A DNA stretch of 40,120 nucleotides from Nemertoderma westbladi (taxonomy: Eukaryota; Animalia; Xenacoelomorpha), in the NCBI GenBank assembly GCA_032718475.1, contig JAUCBJ010003806.1, positions 1-40,120 on the forward strand, read 5' to 3'. Below are positions 36,338 to 40,120 of this stretch, piece after piece. The notes below the pieces were generated by a model, which saw only the letters and a list, made by a program, of their open reading frames with translations, was not told where the DNA came from and ran no database searches. Made by a program: the position numbers and the translations under genes. Position 1 is the stretch's first letter, and each line of letters opens with the position of its first letter.

Positions 36338-36682
36338 CGTAAGAGCGCAGAAACATAGTTTTAATTCACTCGCTGTAGGTACCGGTACCGGTACATTTAG
36401 CGGTGAAAATAGCACCCAGCCAAAATTAACATACGGTAGTCCTACTGTACGGAGATACGGGAATTCCCCGAATTGGAATAATGTAAAAATATCGAAATTC
36501 TAAAAACGAACTGCAGTTCTAATAAATTCCACAATAAAAACGATTTTATCTCCTGAGCTATTTAATAAAATGTCGAACTTCACGAAACTTTACAAATCTG
36601 ACATTTTTGTAATCAAATATAATATGCTACAATTTATTAATATTTTGCAGCGTCAACTATTTACGGAATTTACATAAAGCTT

Positions 36683-37828
36683 TTGAGCATTCAGCGCGCC
36701 ATTGGGTGGCGATTGGCGCAAAACGATGCTTGGCCGGTTATGAATGAAGGGGCGATATTAGTCGGAGGTAAACATACAGTGTGGCTATTTGCCGGACCCA
36801 ATACGAATTTGTCACAACGATTACATCGCATTCTAACGCATTACCCAAAATATCTTGCGAATATATTGTATCTATTCACTATCAAAGGAATTCAGTTTTC
36901 CTTCAAATTGATTCAATGTTCAATAAAAAACAAAAAATGGTGCCTCGAAACAAATTTAACAGAAAAAGAGATTTACAAATTTTTCGTTAACAGCGCATTA
37001 TTGCTATTAGCAAGAAAAGGCAAAGAAGACTATTTAATTAATGTTGATATTCCCCAGTTATCGGCGAACATGAGACAACATCACGATCCCAGTAATCTGA
37101 GAGTTGTGTTTAACATGAGAGACGAACTAATCCAGGAAGCTATTTGGCAAGGGAAAGACATAACTGGCGATAATGAAACAATCATAACGCTACTGGTGGT
37201 TGCCCAGATTTTCTGGATGCACGTTCAGACCCATGTCGCTGCTGAAAAAAGTGCAAGAGATATCGCGGCGAAGAGGTTAGATGTTTTGGAACCTTCCAAT
37301 CGATTTGTTTTGGCTTTGCACTATAGTCTACTATACAATCAATTTAGTCCGATATCGTGTCATCAACCTCTAAACATCATTAACTTAAAAGGTCGTTCGC
37401 TCTTTGAAAACACGCAAATTCCAATATCGCATGTTTTTGCCGAATGGAAAATTAAATTTCGTTATTATAATTTTCTGCTGAAATCGAGGAAGGTAATTAG
37501 GAATCTTGTTGATGAATATATGTTGGATGTCGATAAAGAATTTCTATTTCAAAATATAGTAGTTCATTCCATCGACCACTATACATTTTATAAACAAATG
37601 AAAAACAAGATTTGGAGTATGGATGGTGGGAGGTCACCAATTTCTTACTGGCGTTCCCAAGTTCATTTAGTCATTTGGAGTCATAATCTCAACACATCAA
37701 TCTTTGAAGAAGAGAAAGTTGGAAGACTAGACCCCAATAAATATCCCTTTTACAACGACCTCTACAGGCATCTGATGGAAATTGATAGCGAACTAGCGAA
37801 TTGCCTTTTGGCATCCACATCGTGGTGA
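36683..37828 (+). CDS. Uncharacterised ~380-aa protein; putative His-ligated metalloenzyme with lipoxygenase-like motif order
   Basis: Non-repetitive ORF open from 36641 to TGA at 37826-37828 in AT-rich DNA. The start is uncertain: first in-frame ATG at 36740; candidate splice acceptor TTTTGCAG ends at 36650. Motifs (ORF-track numbering): H180-x3-H184-x3-E188, LEPSNRFVLALH, H295-S-I-D-H299, C-terminal ASTSW. Confidence 0.8.
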   Translation: MSIQRAIGWRLAQNDAWPVMNEGAILVGGKHTVWLFAGPNTNLSQRLHRILTHYPKYLANILYLFTIKGIQFSFKLIQCSIKNKKWCLETNLTEKEIYKFFVNSALLLLARKGKEDYLINVDIPQLSANMRQHHDPSNLRVVFNMRDELIQEAIWQGKDITGDNETIITLLVVAQIFWMHVQTHVAAEKSARDIAAKRLDVLEPSNRFVLALHYSLLYNQFSPISCHQPLNIINLKGRSLFENTQIPISHVFAEWKIKFRYYNFLLKSRKVIRNLVDEYMLDVDKEFLFQNIVVHSIDHYTFYKQMKNKIWSMDGGRSPISYWRSQVHLVIWSHNLNTSIFEEEKVGRLDPNKYPFYNDLYRHLMEIDSELANCLLASTSW

Positions 37829-38339
37829 TAAACAAATCAATAACAATTATTTGTTGTAAGTCACTTTTTTGTCAAATTCGTTGGACAAAAAAGAAAACTT
37901 TTTTTGTCAACTAAAAATTTAATGTTCGAATTAAATTGCAAAGTAATTTCCGTCATATATTATTTTAATACACTATCGCCCTTAATACATACAACAACCA
38001 TTTTTAGGGGGTCGGAGCCCCACTAATTTTTTTCAAATTTCCATAAAATACCATGCAATTTTATATTATGATAGATCGACACCTTTTCTTACTGGTGGCC
38101 TGGCCGGATTTTTCCATTTCTCAGTTATTTCCATACAACAAACCCTTAAAAAATGTCTATTTAGCAATGTTTAACCACCTCCGTAGACTGTATTTTCTCA
38201 TCTTTGGAATGTAATCATGATAGCATTAGAACCGCCTTCATCTGCAGATTCCAAATCAGAAAACGTTTTAAATTTAACAAAAAATTGCCAAAGATATTAT
38301 CAAAATACTAATGAGTAAATTTAGAGACGTAAATCGCTA

Positions 38340-39114
38340 TAATTCTAATGTTTTTTTGTCTTTATTCTAGAATATTAATTAGTATTTAGCTGAGCATTTT
38401 AACTATTTACATACTTGTGTGTAAAGTAGCACTTTACAGTGTGATGATCCGAGTGGCTTTGTTACACGAACTAACGTAAGTGAGTGAGTGAAAATAAAGC
38501 CACGAGGATCAGAACACTGTAAAGTACTTTGCAACAAGTATGTATGTAGTTTTATTCCAAAATTTTAACATTACGAAATGATTGTACGTCATACTATACA
38601 TTACAAGTGATAGAAACTGCACAAATTATAATAGTTGCTGTATAAATAAATGTAAAAATGACATAAATTATGTTATAAATAAGTTAGCTTATATTTATGG
38701 TGGCGTTTGGAGCCATGTTATAATAATATAGCTAGGCCCTACTGGTTATTAATAGCTATACCCCGCCTACCGGTTGGTAATGCAGTAGGCCTATCTGGCT
38801 GTCAGGCAAATTTCCACCTATTGTTTACGTGGTATCCAATGACGGCGTTAAGTAATGTCCCCCCCTTAGTGGACATTACTTAAAGCCGTCATGGGTTACC
38901 ACGTAAACAATAACACCAAATACAATACTAAATGTACAGGCCAATACAATGCTGTAATGTCCTCTAAAGTTGTAAAGTGCTAAATAACAACTCGCTGTTA
39001 ATACTAACGGCGTTGAGTAATGTTACAATTTTGGAATAAAAAACTTTACATATTATTTTTCTTCATTATGCGTAATTAATATTCTAGAATAGAGTACAAA
39101 AAACTTTAGAATTA
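38340..39114. mobile_element. Composite palindromic non-autonomous element (outer 42-bp IR; inner Crypton-like unit with two long hairpins)
   Basis: Outer IR 38340-38381 / 39073-39114; inner IR TTTTATTCCAAAATTTTAACATT (38550) / AATGTTACAATTTTGGAATAAAA (39019); hairpins at 38401-38551 and 38819-38912. Confidence 0.7.
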
Positions 39115-40120
39115 CCGTGTTTACTCTAATAAGAGCCCCCCTCGAATTAACCCCCCCCCCCCCCCCCCCTTATCATCAAATTAGCAACTTAAACGCCCTC
39201 CCCGAATAAACGCCCGAGGCGTTTAATAATATTACAATGTGGGGCGTTAACATTGTTGAGAGTTAACTGATTGTTAAGATTGAAGGTAAATGTAGTTAGG
39301 GTGTTGTACCGCCGTAATAAGCTGCATCGTAATAACGATAATCCTGGTTTCATTTGAATTATTTCATTTGTTTAATGTGTTTTCTTGAATTTAACAACAT
39401 CCTTTATTAGGGTATTTAGATTCAAAATGCTGAAAATCTACATAAACGCCCCAACTCGAACCATACAAGTTGGAACATAAACACCTTCCCCGTATAAACG
39501 CCTCCACTCGAACCATACAAGTTGGAACTTAAACACCTTCCCCGTATAAACGCCTCCACTCGAACCATACAAGTTGGAACTTAAACACCTTCCCCGTATA
39601 AACGCCTCCACTCGAACCATACAAGTTGGAACTTAAACACCTTCCCCGTATAAACGCCTCCACTCGAACCATACAAGTTGGAACTTAAACACCTTCCCCG
39701 TATAAACGCCTCCACTCGAACCATACAAGTTGGAACTTAAACACCTTCCCCGTATAAACGCCTCCACTCGAACCATACAAGTTGGAACTTAAACACCTTC
39801 CCCGTATAAACGCCTCCACTCGAACCGTACAAGTTGGAACTTAAACACCTTCCCCGTATAAACGCCTCCACTCGAACCATACAAGTTGGAACTTAAACAC
39901 CTTCCCCGTATAAACGCCTCCACTCGAACCATACAAGTTGGAACTTAAACACCTTCCCCGTATAAACGCCCCCACTCGAACCATACAAGTTGGAACTTAA
40001 ACACCTTCCCCGAATAAACGCCCCAACTCGAACCGTACAAGTAGGAACTTAAACACCTTCCCCGAATAAACGCCTCCACTCGAACCATACAAGTTGGAAC
40101 TTAAACACCTTCCCCGAATA
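39115..40120. mobile_element. Tc2/pogo-like non-autonomous element (left end), continues beyond the window
   Basis: TA followed by CCGTGTTTACTCTAATAAGAGCCC, a CCGT-type terminus after a TA target. Subterminal GAATAAACGCC / TTAAACGCC motifs occur in both orientations. Confidence 0.6.
39442..40120. repeat. 52-bp tandem repeat, at least 13 copies, truncated by the window end
   Basis: Unit AACTTAAACACCTTCCCCGTATAAACGCCTCCACTCGAACCATACAAGTTGG. Confidence 0.98.

Noticed and set aside
1128-38793. Frequent TAGGCCTA and TACAGTA/TACTGTA words
   Set aside because: Scattered without spacing or positional pattern; probably a genome-wide compositional trait rather than a locus feature.

Overview
AT-rich, repeat-dense eukaryotic DNA, most likely from an invertebrate animal; no operons, rRNA, tRNA or CRISPR are evident. 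About 40% of the window is four unrelated tandem arrays: a 25-bp array (6207-12267), a 65-bp array grown from a SINE (16107-16812), a 28/20-bp array with nested higher-order periodicity (18248-27084) and a 52-bp array inside a Tc2/pogo-like element (39442-end). Two intact host-like ORFs are present. One is an intronless, divergent class A GPCR (2392-3738, -). The other is a 381-aa orphan (36683-37828, +) whose motif order (HxxxHxxxE, LxPxxR, HxxxH, C-terminal SxSW-stop) resembles a strongly miniaturised lipoxygenase iron site; this is the best lead for something new. The window also holds a GT32 (DxD) glycosyltransferase pseudogene, decayed retroelement pieces (CRE, RTE x2, L2/CR1-like, possible Penelope), an IS3EU-like transposase remnant and many MITE-like or palindromic elements. 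The long repetitive ORFs in the track are satellite artefacts. All family calls come from motif recognition by eye, not from searches.
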